Of a stretch of DNA of 64,000 bases, positions 62,901 through 64,000 are shown piece by piece. The notes under the pieces are model-generated. The model searched no databases. It saw only the letters and a program-made list of their open reading frames with translations, and had not been told where the DNA came from. The stretch lies in IMG/VR virus record IMGVR_UViG_3300021387_000074; one strand, 5' to 3'. The stretch comes from a virus (Duplodnaviria; Heunggongvirae; Uroviricota; Caudoviricetes). How positions within the stretch are numbered: the first letter of the stretch is position 1; each line of letters begins with the position of its first letter. A program made the position numbers and the translations under genes.

Positions 62901-64000
62901 TTTTATCTTCTACAATTCAGAACATAAGATTACTTGGCCAGAACTTAATTTAAAGAATGAAGTAATCTCAAGACCTATAAAAAGAGAAACAGACTTAGAT
63001 TTTGATGAAGACGCTGAGAAATATAATATTACTTACGACAGCTTAGTTTCTGGTTCTCGTCTTATTGGTGATGATATAAAGAATAAATTCAAAATTGTTT
63101 CTGGTGTACCAACATATTATAACACTTTTGGACAGAGAATTATTGACGAAATTTCTTTGAGAACAATAGATAACTTTACTCCAAATGAGCACGTTGATTG
63201 GTATAAGGAAGACTTGGATGGCCACGTTAGAGGTTTGTTGTCTATCATAGAAAACGCAATGAAGGAATTAACAAATTCTCCATTTACAAGAGAGTTTGTA
63301 TTCTACTCTAAAGCCTCTGACTTCTTCCAAGATTATTATAGAATTGTTATTCTAGGAAACTATTCTAAAGAATCTATTCCAAGAGAGATACTTGAAAGAT
63401 TAACAAACAAATCTTACAACTTAATAGAAGATGCTGATATAACACAGGTGTTGAAAGATAGAATAACAACTTACTATAACCAAGCCGTTAATCAGTGTGC
63501 TGATAGACTTGACTCTATCTCAAAAGATAGAGTTTATTACTCTTTCATTGAGAACTGGCGTGATACTATAAAAATTAAACTTCCAGATTGGAGAGAGAAA
63601 GGAACTTTAGTTCTTGACGATAATGGCGAAATTGATGGTGAAGCTATGTTCAAAGACCCATTAAGTTTGAAAAATAACTATGGTGCTAACAACTCAAAAC
63701 AGATAGCTGGCAAGTTCTATTTCGATGAAAGAACAGCATTTATTGCAAAAATAAATGCAAAGATAACTGACTTAAAGAATAAGTATGGTGATAACATAAA
63801 CTTTGATTTCACTACAGAAGATAGAACTGCTCTTCTTGGTAAAGATGCTTACTCTTTGACAGTTAATGGTTCTCCAAAATTCTTTGAAGTTTCAAATTTT
63901 GCTTATAATTATAAAACATATAAGGATGTTAAAACTCTAAGAATAGAAGATGAAATTACATTATCATATGATTCTATCTACAACTTCTATATACCTTACT
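59962..64000 (+). CDS. Baseplate wedge/tail protein (gp7/P2 gpI-like N-terminus), partial; not in ORF track
   Basis: ATG 59962 after AGGAG; open to window end; LINYLTQLLG...RELAKNILDIYRIKGTNYSFELFFNFLG. Confidence 0.8.
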   Translation, partial: MTFIEPSLEKVFQTLVDNNELINHLKSQDYLVTKSSLYDTYTREQVQDMEVAIYTNNVNTLYELAQVLLNFSDEIKNNQIWYLLSHKIAWQEISACIGIEPKYLNPETYKLIMYTYKYCVVSSFFQNNKDRFIPEADFLEMEKNSVGSAFYDAMAKEFDKLDEVINKCLEYRDYDTIPYDLINYLTQLLGFEKKDINADTETEQSFRELAKNILDIYRIKGTNYSFELFFNFLGFNIKISEYYFDRRLYYTTSNAGNEETETSNNAEFEYYLTTVNPADNKLPNIGISEIVSPSDITPQYSLLEFNKLCQEYGPAAVLGYSPIYPVYNSNGDLIEYKKYEGKVYKYFKTNVIYYTVGVDMSNPTEKQLTAVTKYLEFLTPSYVMRTIKVNTYSEKSEEPIGFDGDGNETPDAYGNYNAFQMLDSEDWSQHFKDEYTSSSTSGLLKVTDENNYDGKEETYKTYTNSVGTNKFRLPLGRKTISKSVSRYLHGGDGVNKPGARRLKFYILHTLDGVETDDWGAQNVIIAPYYTVPPFVGAENYTTIKNAWDKPTKKINLTGGDGEGGEECLKTQIRDADLRTAVNYVTDKTIDDFIQEAEFNELKYGKTFAKKLVKVRTIAYGTGKYKSAYDAYLWEFNQNNTHICNISCPFGTFNKEILHKDETASNKSTFDTELYEDSLISNYSKNDILKNLNFGDYVLGYSGDLNSGKLNLYRYGYTPYPIAGDSNQYAATYLNYLNSFEYEVKKDYNGTLSNVESVNLPTSYITKQTVLEAQQYVDQLREGMIEAANSKPQSDWLPLDYITSKLFYIAADGEYYRAVKVPAYNGISNNTYPSGKNHNFSTLNEALTYFNNNPDEKVNNAEFYVSSTTDKGLYTFKYKNRINGCLIYSTADEKLYYVTGSSRQDIKEIKNWFGNLSINSYVEDSDGEYYEDSNGLMNKYVNGVTASKRYSLSANGNIVKAEINKYDYYWKGYDEAADEEDFIFYNSEHKITWPELNLKNEVISRPIKRETDLDFDEDAEKYNITYDSLVSGSRLIGDDIKNKFKIVSGVPTYYNTFGQRIIDEISLRTIDNFTPNEHVDWYKEDLDGHVRGLLSIIENAMKELTNSPFTREFVFYSKASDFFQDYYRIVILGNYSKESIPREILERLTNKSYNLIEDADITQVLKDRITTYYNQAVNQCADRLDSISKDRVYYSFIENWRDTIKIKLPDWREKGTLVLDDNGEIDGEAMFKDPLSLKNNYGANNSKQIAGKFYFDERTAFIAKINAKITDLKNKYGDNINFDFTTEDRTALLGKDAYSLTVNGSPKFFEVSNFAYNYKTYKDVKTLRIEDEITLSYDSIYNFYIPY

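Larger units (their letters stand above)
1..64000. mobile_element. Segment of a large T4-like myophage genome, probable spirochete (Treponema-like) host
   Basis: gp22/gp23/gp21-like head genes, tube, tape measure, gp5/gp25/gp6/gp7-like baseplate genes, gp46/47, phage DnaE and NrdDG; dense coding; no host housekeeping operons; spirochete-type FlaB. Confidence 0.95.

Noticed and set aside
723-63225. Many short ORFs antisense to or nested within long genes (e.g. 10352-10708, 16134-16682, 28950-29462, 43599-44222)
   Set aside because: Shadow ORFs with no RBS or motifs and biased F/S/L composition
1-64000. Alternative genetic code, tRNAs, integrase, introns
   Set aside because: Genes read through at full length in code 11 with TAA/TAG/TGA stops; intergenic gaps are short and none showed a cloverleaf, recombinase or intron-like interruption

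Overview
The whole window is a segment of a large, AT-rich, T4-like (myovirus) phage genome, most likely infecting a spirochete. The host inference rests on its Treponema-type FlaB flagellin and a class III ribonucleotide reductase, which points to an anaerobe. The left ~29 kb is mostly minus-strand: an adenine methyltransferase plus a putative endonuclease, a split DnaE, small early ORFs, flagellin, a HemN-like radical SAM enzyme, dUTPase, SbcCD/gp46-47, Hsp20 and a DHH phosphoesterase. Plus-strand islands there carry the scaffold, the major capsid protein (MCP) and a large candidate internal head protein. The right ~35 kb is plus-strand: nrdDG, then tail tube, hub, tape measure, spike and baseplate genes, with the prohead protease inverted inside this block. 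A repeat-rich candidate origin lies at the strand switch (~28.3 kb). Highlights: (1) early-promoter operons carry small paralogs of the phage's own virion proteins: a clear stand-alone copy of the MCP propeptide, an apparently inactive prohead-protease copy, and weaker tube-like and sheath-like fragments, possibly decoys; (2) an intact flagellin with a sigma-28 promoter and a CsrA-type hairpin; (3) a recurrent late motif AAG(T/A)TAAT, with leaderless starts and RBS-occluding hairpins; (4) T4-like capsid-targeting/cleavage signals on enzymes, and an MCP N-arm mimic on the 938-aa protein; (5) a probable +1 frameshift in the tail assembly chaperone. No tRNA, rRNA, CRISPR array, integrase or intein was seen. 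All homology calls are by-eye motif recognition, not database searches.
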